A DNA stretch of 64,000 nt from Carcharhinus longimanus. Its lineage: Eukaryota. Each line of letters begins with the position of its first letter. The first letter of the stretch is position 1. Location of the stretch: positions 24,402,272 to 24,466,271 of the forward strand of contig JASCQW010000122.1 of assembly GCA_030264375.1 (NCBI GenBank), read 5' to 3'. Below, piece after piece: positions 50,765-64,000 of this stretch. The notes beneath the pieces were generated by a model. The model searched no databases. It saw only the letters and a program-made list of their open reading frames with translations, and was not told the origin of the DNA. A program made the translations under genes and the position numbers.

Positions 50765-51048
50765 TTAGTCACAAGTAGGCTCACATTGACACTGCAATGA
50801 AGTTACTATGAAAATCTCCTTGTCACCACACTCCAGCATCTGTTGAGGCACACAGGCCACGCTAAATTCTCCCTCAATGTGCGTAATCAGCACCTCTTGA
50901 ACCGTGGAGGGAGAAACTCGAGCTCCCGGAGGAAACCCAGATAGACATTGGGAGAACGTGCAGATTTCGCACAGACAGTGACCCAAGCCGAGAATTGAAC
51001 CTGGGTCCCTGGCACTGAGAGGCAGCAGTGCTAACCACTGTGCTGCCC
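50765..51048 (-). mobile_element. HE1-like V-SINE, tail B
   Basis: gtcacaagtaggctcacattgacactgcaatgaagttac tail; full head. Confidence 0.88.
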
Positions 51049-51162
51049 ACACAATCAGATTTTGGTGTTTTAATGAGCTTTTTGCACAACCCACACAAGT
51101 AATCCATGTTTACATAATGTGTATTCATTATTGACTTCATAGCTTAGGCACCATGCTTCACA

Positions 51163-51465
51163 GGGCAGCACAGTGGTTAGCACTGCTGCCTCAGAGTGCC
51201 AGGACCCTGGTTTTGTTCCAGCCTTGGGTGACTGTGACATTCTTCCTCTTTGTGGCCTTCCTCCCACCAATCAGTTGTGCAGATTGGGTTGATTGGCCAG
51301 GCTGAATTGCCCCTTGAGTGTTCCAGGATGTGGAAGTTAAGGGAATTAGCAGGGCAAATACATGGGGCTGCGGGGATAGGGTGTGGGTGGGACGGTCTGT
51401 TGGAGTGTCAGTGCAGACTTGATGGGCCAAATGGTGGCCTCCTGCACTGTAGGGATTCTGATTCT
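51163..51465 (+). mobile_element. HE1-like V-SINE, tail A
   Basis: gggcagcacagtggttagcactgctgcctc...gcactgtagggattctgattct. Confidence 0.88.
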
Positions 51466-51864
51466 AGAATCCCAATCTTGCAAGTGGTTTATTCAAAACA
51501 TTGACCAAATCTATCTCTATGCTTGGAAGCAGAATACATCAAAAATCGTACATTGCAGACTTCAGGTGTACAACATAGAAGACACTATGTCCATCTCAAT
51601 ATCTCCCAAAGATTCAGTTACTATGGCTGCATATTTTACTTGCGCTCATCAACCACTTTATAAAGTGACCATAACAACATGTTTCAGACCCATGAGATAT
51701 GGTTCAGTAGCCTGCTTCGCAATGCATCACTTAAACAGAACTGAACACTCTTTCAACTTGATCATGCTGACTCCCAAACATGTAGGTACAAAGGTAACAT
51801 AAACCCCCAGTGACTGCAAAGCTATCATGTGCTTCACTTGTCCTTTAGTTTAAAGATGATTTTA

Positions 51865-52128
51865 TTAGTATCTCAAGTAGGCTTACATTAACACTGCAAT
51901 GAAGTTACTATGAAATTCTCTGAGTTGCCACACTCTGGTGCCTATTCAGGTGCACTGAGGGAGAACTGAACATGTCCAATGCACTTAACGAGTGTCAGAC
52001 TGTGGGACGAAACCAGAGGACACTAGCCAGACATGAGGGGAATGTGCAAACTCCACACAGTGACCCAAACCAGCAATCGAACACAGGTCCCTGGCACTGA
52101 ACAGCAGCAGTGCTAACCACTGACACCG
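51865..52128 (-). mobile_element. HE1-like V-SINE, tail B
   Basis: caagtaggcttacattaacactgcaatgaagttac tail; gcagcagtgctaaccact head. Confidence 0.85.
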
Positions 52129-53324
52129 GGGCAGGTGGGGGGAACTGGCTTCTGTGAGCTGGCCTGTGTGTGACTGCAGACCCATAGCAATGTGGTTGAT
52201 TCTTAACCTTGGAAATGGCCTAGCAGAACAGTTAATTGTACTAAAGGAGGTTGCCCACCACCTCTGGCCTGGATTGTGACTCACCCTGAACAATTTTTTT
52301 ACAATTGGAACAATTCAGTGAAACAAATTTTCCCTCTCCCTGGTTCTTTCAGCAATGATCTTAAAGCCGTTCTGTTTATTTACCATCCAGCCAATGGAAG
52401 CTATTTCTCCCAAACTAATTGAATTAAAGCCTCTTGGAATCTCTCCTCAGTCTTGACTGCATTCTGAATTTGTAATGGGGAGCTTTTGTGGAAAATGCTT
52501 ATTGTCGTTATAGCTCTGACACAACTGACTCTTTTTTAAATTTGGGGAATACATTGTGGGGGCAAAAAATGGAGAATATACCTGCAAAGGTGTTGGATTT
52601 TTGTTCTAATTTACAGGTTCAGTTAAACCTTTTGCATGTGATTAGCTTTGAGTAGATAGTGCACTATGGGACTGACTTTCATACGTGCTGTAGTATTCGT
52701 TATTCAGTACATGTACAATAAGTGGCTTCTTATTTCTGCTGCTGGTTTAATGAAGTAACATTTTTTTAGTTGAGAATTTCGCACTCTAGCAACATTGCCA
52801 GAGGGTAAGCAGAACCATGATTACCATTGTAAGGGGAGTCACAGATTCTCCAAAATAGATAGGCAACAACTGGAGTGATTTTAAGCTAACCTCTAATGAA
52901 GCAACAGTTCAGTTATGATGCAGAAGTTTAAATAGATAAAAGCATTTGGCCCATGCCAGGTGAGAGCAGCTTCTGATCCCAAAGGACAGATGGTGCAGTG
53001 AGTCTGATCTGTGTAGCTTGCGATGGCAGCCTTCTGCATAGTCATGAGCGTTGGGGAGCTCTTCGCCTGGACTGTTTTCATCTGAAGAAGGCACCTGCCT
53101 GATGAGGACTGCCTCCTGCCTCTGAGCATCTGCCAATGTGGTTTATTTGACGGGACTGGTGATTTACCCTGTTGTTTTGACTAGCTCTTGCCAGTGACTG
53201 CAGGACAGGTATCCTACTGGGGTGTCACTTCTTCCTTGTCCATTGCTTCCTGAGGTCATTGCTGAGCTCATTGTGTGCTGGCTGTTATTAATTCTTGCCT
53301 GACACTTGTAGTAATGAAGGTAGA

Positions 53325-53775
53325 AGACATAAGAACATAAGAAATAGGAGCAGGAGTAGGCCATCTAGCCCTTCGAGCCTGCCCTGCCATTCAACAAGAT
53401 CATGGNNNNNNNNNNNNNNNNNNNNNNNNNNNNNNNNNNNNNNNNNNNNNNNNNNNNNNNNNNNNNNNNNNNNNNNNNNNNNNNNNNNNNNNNNNNNNNN
53501 NNNNNTGCTAACATTGTACTCCATCTGCCAGGTCCTCGCCCACTCACTCAGCCTATCTAGATCCCTCTGCAGACTTTCCACACCCTCAGCACAATTTGCT
53601 GTGCCACTTATCTTTGTGTCATCAGCAAATTTCGACACCTTAAACTCGGTTCCCTCCTCCAGATCATCTATATAAATGGTAAATAGCTGAGGCCCCTGGA
53701 GCGCTCCACTTGTCACCAACCGCTAATCCGAAAATCGCCCATTGACACCCACTCTCTGCCTCCTATTTGACAGCC
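53325..53775 (-). mobile_element. CR1 LINE (RT catalytic region and 3' end; N gap inside)
   Basis: GPQLFTIYIDDLEEGTEFKVSKFADDTKI; taagaacataagaaataggagcagg tail. Confidence 0.92.
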
Positions 53776-54249
53776 AATCCCCTATCCACACTCCATATAG
53801 TTGACTTGGGAACGTCAAAATGGAATCCTGAAACAGGAGACCTCGACGTTTCTAGGGACTGTTTGCGCTTCTCCAGAGAAGTGAAACTGCCTGATGGCTT
53901 ATCCTATGCTGACTGACTATCATAAGAATTTGTCACCTGAAGTACCAATCAAGGAATAGATTCATAAAAGGAAATGACAGTGCTTAAGCTGGGACATGAT
54001 TAAACAGACTTCCATTCTCCAGAATGGACCAGGTTATTTTGAATGATTGTGAATGTGTTTGGTGCTATGTAAATGTAGGTTGTTCCATCTTGCTTCATGT
54101 TCTCTCTTAATAAATGAACTGCATTTGGCTTCCCTAATTTAAATTATTCATTTGATAAGTCAAACATCTACTCAATCAAAAGAATTGCATGAAACTAATA
54201 TCAGCTTTGTGGGAAATGCAGATCATCTTCTTCCTGGTAATGTGCTATT

Positions 54250-54540
54250 TTAGAAACATAGGAATTAGGCACAGGTGTAGGCAATTCTACCTTCGAACCA
54301 TTCAATAAGATTATGTCTAATCTGATTGTCTCGATCCCTGTGCCTGCCCCAAACCCCACATCAGCATTGATTCTCTGTCTATCAAAAATACGATGAATTC
54401 TGCTTTTAATAAATTCAATGACCCAGCCTCCACTGCTTTCTGAGCAAGAGCGTGCCTTGTACTAATCTATCTTGAGAGAATGAATTTCTCCTCACCTCTG
54501 TCTTAAACGGTAGACTTATTCTTAAGATTGTGTGCCCTAA
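54250..54540 (-). mobile_element. CR1 3' end
   Basis: agaaacataggaattagg...aaattcaatgacccagcctccactgctttc. Confidence 0.7.
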
Positions 54541-55478
54541 GAGCATCCTTTGGATGTGGTAATGTCAACTGCAAAAGATGCAATTTTTGGGTGCCATCCA
54601 TATTGAACTATGGTTCACCAGTCACGATGTGCACTGCATTCATACAAGATTCTGTAGTAAGGCACTTTGTATAGTTGACGTGTTCTGTCCTTGGAGCTTA
54701 TGAAGATTAATGCTGTGATGCATCTCCCTATTCTGCTTTTATAGAATTTAATTAACTAAACTGGCTCCCAATTTTTCACATTATTCAGTTGCATCCAAGC
54801 AGCTTTGTGTGATTGGAGAATCTGGAATAGCGTGATGCCTATTTTTTTTAACTTGTCATGTAAAACATCTTGGCTGCAACTGCACTGTTTAGTCTGAGGC
54901 ATTACTCCATAAGGAATGGCCAAAAATGATATTTAACTTGGGATCTATCATCAATTTAGAATCCATTCTCCAATCTGAATTGCTTGTTTTTGGCTAAAGT
55001 TGGGTAATGCTGCCTTGGATCTATGCTTTGTGTTTTATTGATGTGACACCACCACCTTGCATCTCAGTCCTGAACTCCCCATTTATATATTAACATCACA
55101 GCAGGTACCAATGTTTAGCTTTAAACATTTCCTCATTCTTGCCAGGTACCTGATTTGTGTTGGTGTCAAATTGCCAGTTCCTGCTTTTCTATCAGCAGGG
55201 GCCATTCCAACCTGCATTCTTGCCAGAGGGCAGATTAGTGGCTGCAGTAATGTGCCTGAGATCACCTGGGTACAGTTAAATGTAAAACTAAACAGTTTTT
55301 ATTTCCCATCCAGCTAATGTTCTGATTCCTCTATCTCACCTCTAGTTGTGGCAAACTAATTTGGTTCTTTTCAGCCATATTTAGATTTCCATTCAATTGT
55401 ATTTAAATCTTTGTGCACTACTGGTCACCTGTGTGAGATTAGCTTCACCAAAGCCTTTGCCGTTTTACATGAATTACA

Positions 55479-56318
55479 TGTAAGACTGTCAGGAAAACAA
55501 AATTTTAAGAGATTTTTATTTGTATGGTTAAATGTTAGAAATAAGGTACAATCTTAATTGAGTATAATTGTGTTTGTATAAGGAAGGGTAAACCTAGAGT
55601 CAGATTCATGCTGGACAAAGGAATTCATATGTGTGGGGATTTGGTTTCAATTTTAACTGTGCTTGGAGAAGTCATGGCATGAAAAGTACCAAAGACCCTT
55701 TTAAAGTAACAAGACTTTTTTGTCTTTCTTTTAGTTGAAGTCATTGGAAGTTGGTTTAGAATGCTGGAGGGGAACATCTGTTTTGCTGGAAGAAAGCCAT
55801 ACCATGGACTAATAGTTAATAAAGCAAGTGCAGAGTGCTCCAGTCCAGCTAGTTAGGGAAACTAGAGAAATGAAGTTTGAGAGGCCTGAAGTTAAAGGTA
55901 CTAGAACAGAATTTTTCAGTGCAGACAGCTGACAAAGATTCAGGTTTGGGAGAGATTTTTTTGAAATGGGGGGTGGCAGGGAGGAGATTGAAGAGAAACT
56001 TGCAGACGTACACTCATGGTCCACATGGAATCCGAGTGTATGTCCTACCACTGCCAGCCTGTGTTTAAAGGGATTGCATTACTGAGACCATTATAGGCTA
56101 AGATATATTGAACTATATTAACTAAGCTTTATGTGTATTTGTGAATCTGAACAGGAGCAAAGGAATACTCAATCATAAAACTTTTCACGTTAAATGTTTT
56201 GTCATTAAAACAAATGAGTGGCCCTGTGACTCTCCATTTTCAAAAAAAAATCAAGGTTGGTCTTTTGAGTTCCATTCTGGGATCTTCCCACCCAGTTTTA
56301 ACATTTGGGATTGTAACG
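55479..56318 (+). mobile_element. Putative solo LTR, same family as 13784-14893
   Basis: Collinear shared motifs at both ends; starts TGTAA, ends tgtaacg; no TSD found. Confidence 0.55.
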
Positions 56319-56439
56319 ATGTAAGTAGGCTATTTGGCTCAGCCACACCATGCTGGTGTTTATACCATATGTGCCATCTTCTGTACTTGCTCCCTTTAAT
56401 GTCAGAATAACTCTTTATTCCCTGCTCTCTAAGGTGATT

Positions 56440-57860
56440 GTGCCTCCCCTTAAATACTTAAGTTCCACATCGGCTGAAATGTTTTCTAAATTCCCAGTTA
56501 ATTTCATGGCGTGGTCTCGGTTGTGTTTGCTCCTCCAGAAGTGGGAACAATCTGTGTCTGTGATTGCTATGGGAAGCAGGTTGGTTGTTTTTGGTTGGCA
56601 AAATGGAATGAGTGCTGTGCCATAGAGACCAGTGTGGGGATCTCAAGTTTAGAAGTTTACAAGTTTAGAAATGGTTTGGATGAAGGACTGAAGGCATGGT
56701 TGCTAAATTTGCTGATGACAGCAGTGGGTGGACAAATTGTGAAGTGATGTAAGGAGGCTATGAAGGGATTGTGGGTAAATTACATAAGTGGGCAAGGGTC
56801 TGATGTGTGAAGTATAATGTGGGGAAAATGTGAATTGGCCATTTTGACAGGAATATTGAAGCATATCTAAATGATGAGACTGCAGAACTCTGAAATGCAG
56901 ATAGATCTAAGTGTTCTGGTGGATTAATCACGCAAGGTTAGAATGCAGGTTTCACAAGCAATTAGGAAAGCTAATAGAATGTTTTATTCTGTGAGGGGAG
57001 TTGAATACATAAGTAGAGAGCCACAGTTGTACAGCGCAGAAGAGGCCCTTTGGCACTGATAACAACAACTACTAGTGTGAATCCTGTTTTCCAGCTTTGT
57101 CGCATATCTTGTTATGATATTTCAAGTGCCCATCCAATACTACTTTAAAGATTGTAAGCTTTCTAGTCTTCTCTAACTTCCCAGGCAGTGCATTCCAGAT
57201 TCCCACCACCACCCTCGAGTGGGAAAGGTTTTTCTCCCATCTCCTCTGAATCTCCTGCTGCTCCCCCTAAAACTGTACCCCCTTGTGATTTGATCCCTTA
57301 AACTGAGCAGAATGGCTGCTTCCTATTCGCTCTTCCGTGCCTCTCAATCTTGATACACATCAATCATTTCCCCCCTCAACCTTCTCTGCTCTGAAGAAAA
57401 TAATCCAAGAATATCCAATCTCTCAATAGCTCAAATGCATCATTCTGGTGAACCATATCCCCTCTAGTGTAATCGCATCCTTCCTGTAGTGAGGTGACCA
57501 GAACTGTGCACTACTCCACCTGTGGCCTAACACGTATTCTGTACAGCTCCATCATAACCTCCCTGCACTTGTACTCTGTGCTATGACTGATAAAGGCAAC
57601 TGTCCCTTGTGCCTTAATTACCTTTTTTTAACCTGCTCTCTTGTATTTGCTTGGGTTTGGAAAATAAGAGGTGACTTGATGGAACATAGAAGATCCCGAG
57701 GGGTCTTGTGACAGGGTTGACATGGAAAGGAAGAATTGTTGGGGAGTCAATTTAAAAATAAGAGGTCGCCCATTAAGGTGGAGATGAAGAGGAATTGTTT
57801 GTGGGTCATGATCCTTTAAAACTCTCTTCAAAATGTGGTGCAAGCAGGATCTTTCAATAT
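56440..57860. mobile_element. Plus-strand CR1 fragment interrupted by a minus-strand CR1 3' end (57025-57625)
   Basis: gctaaatttgctgatgaca (AKFADD); gtagtgaggtgaccagaactgtgcactactcc (minus strand WSPHYRKD). Confidence 0.75.
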
Positions 57861-59554
57861 TTGCGAATTTTAGTCATTGTGTATGTGTACCTGGAGTGCT
57901 TTGTTTCTTTCTCCCATTTTGACCTTTATTTTCAAAGTCATTTGTGACTATTTTATTTATCTTTTTGTTAACAATTATTTGCCCATTGTATGCTGGCTGT
58001 GCAGTTAACGAATGTCTTGAAATCTGTTGTGGCTTGTCTTCCGTATTGCCTGTCTCACTGCCACAATTTGGTGGTGTCCTGAACTTTGAAAATTTGAATC
58101 CAAATTTAACATATTTAAAAATGCTTCAATGCCCAGTTGGTACTTGAAAGTTGAGCTCAATAAAGTGAGCACACTGACTAAAAGTGTTGCTGATAATGTC
58201 TAAATAATGAGAAGCAACAACAGACACTTTGTATTGGAGACAGTTGATGATGCTGCCACTCAGTGACTGAGTCAGGAAATGTTACTGAGGTGGAATTTTA
58301 ACAAGATGAATAGACTGCTGGTCAGTGGGCTTAAAGTCTGGAATGGGAAACCTATCCCAAACAGGCTTGCTTCCAGTTTACCTTGGGCAGATTGAGGATC
58401 AGGTTTGCAATGTGCTCCTGAGATGGGTCATGCTCTCCAGGGAGTCCAGAAAAATTCAAATTGAAATTTTTTGAGCCAAACTTCTCAAGTTGAACAAAGC
58501 AAATGCTACTAACTTAACACTGTTGTGACTACTCCTATTTTAAAACTCAACAGGCCACTTCCCAATCTACTTATTTTCACTTGAGATCCCCAATATATTA
58601 CAGCATCTTGAGGATTTCGTCACTTCTTGGACCAAACCAACATGTGCCACAGTTCCCAGGAATTAACTTTATTTCTCCTTTTGTTCCTGTCGTTTCTTGG
58701 GTCAGACGTACATGCTAACGTCCGAATTAGGAGCAGGAATAGGTAGGATCCTTTGCTAGCATTTGGCTAGGCAACTCTGTTTAAGCACCCGAGAGTTGTG
58801 GATACCTGCAGTGCCAGCATTGAGCTGCTTTCTGCTCGGACATCAAAATAATACCTTATTCTGATAGCCCTCTGGTTTCAATCAACAGTTCCTGGCAAAC
58901 TTATCTCTGCTTGTCTCAACACCTTCTGGTCTTGCCAACTAATTGAGTGCTTCATTGAGAAGTCTGTTACACACTGTTACACTCTCTTGCGCACTCCAGA
59001 GCCAAAAAAAAATCCATGAAATCTATATTACAACAGCAATGTGAAAACTGGGATGAGTCAGACTTGAACTCATTGGACTGTAATGTCTAGACTCCCAGCA
59101 TTTGGATTTGGGGGTACCCAAGAATGTGCTAGAGTCCTGCTCGGAAAATTCCCACATAAACCTTTGTAGGGCATTATCTGAGTATGAACTTCCCATGGTA
59201 ACTGTACTGTGCTGGGAACTATCTGAAAATGTGATTTTTAATTTGTTAGTTTCGAATGGTTTGCCAGCTGTACACTAACTGCTGGTTAAAAAGTTGGACT
59301 TAATTTCTTAAACCACCCCCTGCCCCCAATGCCCAAGCTTTGCAGTGTCTATCATCATGGACCTCTGGCAATTGCCATTCTAAGCAACTATGATCTGATG
59401 TCCTCCTTTTCGCCTATCAGTCTGGCTGGCTGCCTGCCTTCTGGAAATGTCTGTCTCAAGAAAAAATTAATTCCTGCCACTAAATTTGAAAGAACCTTTG
59501 TTTTGCCCATATTTTCAGGTTGCCACACTATTGAAAGACGCCTCTGCTCTTGCT

Positions 59555-59720
59555 GTAAATGAATATATAGGTCACTGTCTGACAATGCGTGGAAATTAAA
59601 AACTTCAATCTTTAAGCAAAAATCACTTGGCAGCAGTGTGAAGAATTTTAATTAAGTGTCAAATGGCAGAGAGAGATTTATGAGACACTAAAGCTGTTGC
59701 TGAGTTTTGCCACTAATATT
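59555..59720. promoter_or_regulatory. Candidate conserved non-coding element
   Basis: TTAATTAAGTG, TGTCAA, TTTTATGA, TGACAA; repeat-free; conservation not tested. Confidence 0.35.
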
Positions 59721-61800
59721 TGTGGCTTCCGTGAGTTCTAAGTTGATTCTCTCTGGTGGTTGCTGTCAGCGCGTGTTTCCCTCCTTGATTCTGCTTGTCT
59801 CAAATCAGTGATTCAGGACCCTGGTTCACAATAGTAACCAGCAGAACCACAGTGTTTTAGAGAGGCTTCTGCCAACTCAAATGCTTAGGCCAAGAACACA
59901 ATTTGCTTCCAAAATTAGCACAAACGTGAACCATAAAATCCACTGGTTTGCATAATCACAACTGGCAAACCTTCCAAGAGCCAGCACAAACCTTGATGTA
60001 TTGAAGACTGGTGTCATTTTATTATAGCTAAAAGTAGCTTCATCACAAAATACATGAGTACTTTTGTAATAGTGTCCAGTCCTGTGCCAGGGAGCAACAT
60101 GGTTTTAAAGAATGGAAAGTAACTTTTTAGGTAAGTAAACGGTAAAATTATTCTTGTTCCAACATGTGGTAATTTGTTTCCTGGTAAATTTAATATATTT
60201 TGATGTTAAGCTTTTGAAAAAGTTTAAATGCCCTTTGTTTTGTAGAAACTTGTGTCTTTCAAGGTCTGCAAGCAAGAACAGGTCGTGGGCAATGCTACTC
60301 TCCACACCATGGTGATTTTGATCTGGAGGTGGGGCCAGTTTTGTGGGCAGGGGCAACTAGTATCTAATGTGTGTGTTTTCTAAACCAGTGCAAAAGATTG
60401 TGAAAACCAGATATTTGTGCTGCACATAACTTGTCCAGTCCTTTGCACTGGCTTTGGATAAATAGCACTGGAGACTCTTGGGTAATACAGCAGAAACTGA
60501 GTGCGTGAACCTACACTGCCCTCGTGCGCACAGGGATGTGCTGCGAAATTGTAATGTATCCATGCAAACATAGTCCATTCAAAGAATACAATGGCTTCAT
60601 CAAATATACATGTGAATGGAAAATCTTGCACACACTACTTGATCGTATTTGCACCTATGCAGCAAACGACCAGAAGCATGCATTAGTCCAAGAAAAGTGC
60701 TGCATGATTGCTTTTTGAACTGGGCAGGGTAGTGTCCCAGGGATGATCTGGTTTAATTTATTATTTGGTTATTGTGCAAATAGTGATGGGGCTTTGGCTT
60801 TGATTTAGGCCAGCAGGATTGAAAGTTCACCTCTTCGCTGAATGACAGGTCAGCTAATTGAAATACCTCAGCGCTGAGGTGAAACAGGTTGTCGGGTGTC
60901 TCCACCTGCTGTCTGTTGTTTGGCCCCGAGAGTAAAACCATGACTACTTCAACTCATGTTTGAGGCTTCGGTCTTTAAAATGAGCATTGATCCTCAATGC
61001 AGGAGAATGGCACCTAAAAAGGCAGACAATTTCTTTAGTAGAACATGGACTACATGTGCCTGGTGGATTACAATCCCTGCTCAAATTCACAGAAATGTAA
61101 ACGCTAATTTTTATTCTCCGAAACCGCCCAACTTCTGTCCCCCATAACCTGTCCTCATTTCCACTTTTTCCTCTTCAACGCCTCCGTTATTTAGACAAAT
61201 GAAGATCTAAAACAAAAGACTTAAACCTCTCCCAATATCAATCTATCACTATCACTATCAGACTATTTAAATTAGCTTTTCCAAATGGAAAGCCAGCTAT
61301 GAGCTATCTATTTATGATGATTCTGCTTAGCAACTCCTTTTCTGGATTTTGTTCATCCTTGATGCAGGTAGCGTTGGTAGGATTTCTTTTCGTGTTGGTT
61401 TGCTTTTTCTTGAGATTTTTTTTAACTGAGAAGGTGGATAGAGCTCTTCCCTGAAGGGAACAGGAGACGAGTGCAAGGAGAAAACAGCTGATTGTGAAAC
61501 TGAGAAGGTGAAGCCTGAAGGGGATGTCAATTTGATACTTGAGATGCTCATAGAGGAACTGACAATATGACAAAGGCTGTATTGACAATATTGGCTGCAA
61601 GTAGAATAAATACATCCATCTTTTAATAAAAGCTGTAAAGTATGCCATCTTTTCAAATGAAGATTCAGAAGTGTTTTAATGCTTGTCTGTAATTGTGTGC
61701 ACCATCTTTAGTGCTTATTAGTACCTGACACCCATTTTTCTGTACTGTCGATATACATTTCTCAACGTCGGTACTCATTCATAGATATCCCATTATTTCA

Positions 61801-62085
61801 GGTGGCACAGTGGTTAGCACTGCAGCCTCAGCAGCACCAAGGACCCAGGTTCAAATCTTGACATGGGGTCACTGCCTTTGCAGAGTCTGCACATTGTCCC
61901 CATGTCTGCATGGATTTCCTCCAAGTGCTCTGGTTTCCTCCCACAGTCCCAAAGACATGCTGGTTAGGTACAGTGGCCATGCTAATTTCTGTGTACCCAG
62001 GCATTGGAGTGTGGCGACTAGGGAATTTTCACTAACTTCGTTGCAGTGTTAATGTAAGCCTACTTGAGACGCTAATAAATAGACT
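61801..62085 (+). mobile_element. HE1-like V-SINE, tail B
   Basis: ggtggcacagtggttagcactgc...gtgtggcgactagggaattttcac...taatgtaagcctacttgagacgctaataaa. Confidence 0.88.
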
Positions 62086-64000
62086 TAAGCAACTCCCCAT
62101 GGGCATCAGTGGAAAACAAAATCGAGAGTGCAATGCTGATTCTTCCTTTGCCTGCTTCGCGTGACATCTTGACACTAATTTGTCCAATTTGTATATGCTA
62201 TGAGAAATAAGGCCACTGCTGAAATATAACCATGATCCTTCAATTTGTCATGAGCAATGTTGTTGAGAGCTGTGCTGCTAATAGTTACAGTGGGGACTTG
62301 ACCTGAAAGTTTGTTCCCTGTTACACTTAGTGATTCTTGAGCTGTTTTTCTCTCCACTATAAGTACTAGACCTGGTTAATAAACATGCTGCAGAACTTCT
62401 ACAATGTTTGCAGTGATTCTCAACTGTTATTTACCAGGTGGGTTCATCAATGTGTATTGCATTTCTTTATGGAGAGGCAGCAACCCAGAATCCAGTTACT
62501 GACTAACTTGCTATTCTGATATACAAGTGCTACTGCCACAAAGGCCTATTGCTTCTGAATTCATTGTCATGTTCCTGTTGCTTGGGGCAGTTTGTCTAAC
62601 AGTTAGCTTCATGGTGAGTTCAGCCATCGAAGATGCCATGATGGAGCATTTGACTTCTATATGGAGCATGGGACACTGGGCGCACAAGGTTTCTAATTCA
62701 CTCCTACATTTCTTGGTTAGTGGTGTTATTTTCCAGTCAGCTTTATGCTTAAGTTGGAGGAAGTCACTGCTGGAAAACATTTTGCTTGCTTCAGCATCTG
62801 GTACCAGCACAGCACTTCCAGGTCAGATCTAGCATAGGTGAAGTTCTAACCCAGCCCAAATATTCAGATTCTGCTTTTTCAGCCAGTGTGTAGATGGCAG
62901 TTTATTGTTGATGGTAGAAAGCAATTGCTGCAGTCTGTCCTTTCAGCCAAGAGGAAAATCCAGAACTGTGCAGCACGTTGGGCAGCTCTTTGACAATCAG
63001 TCCCATAGCCCTGCAGACTGTTCCTCTTCAAGTACACATCCACAACCCTTCTGTAAGCTAATATCCGTTGAGGCCTCACCAGTGATTGTGTAAAGGTTTA
63101 GGATAACTATTTTAGCAGCCATCCTTGGGAGAAATTGCAATGTTCTGAATGTCTGTAATTATCCTATTCACATTTTAACATGTTGCATTTAACTTTGATC
63201 CTATTGTTTGGGGATGGTCCTTCCATGTTGGAACTGGAGACCTGATGCAGATTCAGATTTCTGTGCACCGAGTGACTTCATTAGGCAATGCAAGTGCCAG
63301 TTTTCTTCAGATCTGATGAAAGCTGAATTGGATCTCATCCAGTTGGTGAATGTGGTTGTTGTGATCAAGTCCATTGGAAAATTAGACCCCATCAGCAACA
63401 AGATGGTTGCCTGATGTGCATTTCATGATTGACTTAGAAACCATGAATACTTTTCTCTCATTTCCTCCCTCTGAAATCATCTTAAATTCCAACAGTGTGC
63501 CGGAATTTAGGAAATGGGGCAAATTGTTTTTGCAGCTTAGAGCCAAGGCATGGTTACCTGACTAGTTGCAATAGCGCGTCCCTTATCTTTCAACAAGCTG
63601 TAACTACAACCCATTATTTGGTGCAAACAAGGCAATTGTGACAAGGTATGATTAGCCAATCTCTGATATGTAAGCAGAGATTTTGAACTGCCTAATACTG
63701 AGGGAGTGCAGTTGGAATAACCGGCAATGTGTAGAACCATTTGGAAGTCTACTTGTGATTTAGATTGGCTGAAATTGTTATCCACAATCCCATTTTTGTT
63801 TTGCCTGTCCCATATGGGAACCTTCAAAAAGTTGATTGATTGCATAGCAATAGGAAAGTGCACATAATTAAGAGAAAGCAAAATGCAACACCATATATAA
63901 GCATGCTTTGCCCTGAAGGCTGTTTTGGAAAGCTCGCTCCAAGTGCTGGATTTCTTGTGAACCTGTGGCAAATAATTGCTTTTATGGTGTATTATTTTCC

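Noticed and set aside
59519-59570. Acceptor followed by VATLLKDASALAVNEYI
   Set aside because: Good acceptor but no convincing donor; runs into CNE-like sequence.
60865-60880. Perfect 16-bp palindrome ACCTCAGCGCTGAGGT
   Set aside because: About one is expected by chance in 64 kb (64000 / 4^8).
1-64000. ORF-track entries as genes; prokaryotic systems (CRISPR, operons, defence islands)
   Set aside because: All ORFs are under 200 aa and are transposon fragments or chance; no regularly spaced repeat-spacer array; the DNA is vertebrate.

Overview
Eukaryotic genomic DNA, not prokaryotic. The repeat content (HE1-like V-SINEs, CR1 LINEs, DeuSINE, Penelope-like elements) points to a cartilaginous fish, probably a shark, in a short-read scaffold with many N gaps. 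No complete protein-coding gene is present, and the supplied ORFs are chance ORFs or decayed transposon fragments. The window looks like part of very long intron(s) of a + strand gene. Support is one good candidate 52-nt exon at 3476-3527, which I cannot name, and a weaker 81-nt candidate at 31478-31558. Several repeat-free, homeobox-motif-rich islands resemble conserved non-coding elements. The rest is nested, decayed retroelements: CR1, L2, RTE, Rex1/Babar, Penelope, a Gypsy gag relic, solo LTRs, four SINE families and a MITE. I cannot support a clear new biological system. The best leads are (i) a TSD-flanked, ORF-less insertion that starts at a Penelope-type hammerhead ribozyme core (retrozyme-like), (ii) a V-SINE subfamily with a swapped 3' tail resembling Rex1/Babar ends, (iii) two templated insertions copied from about 2 kb away, and (iv) a snap-back duplication that created four octamer motifs. 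Repeat family names come from my recall of consensus sequences, not a database search, and most repeat boundaries are approximate.
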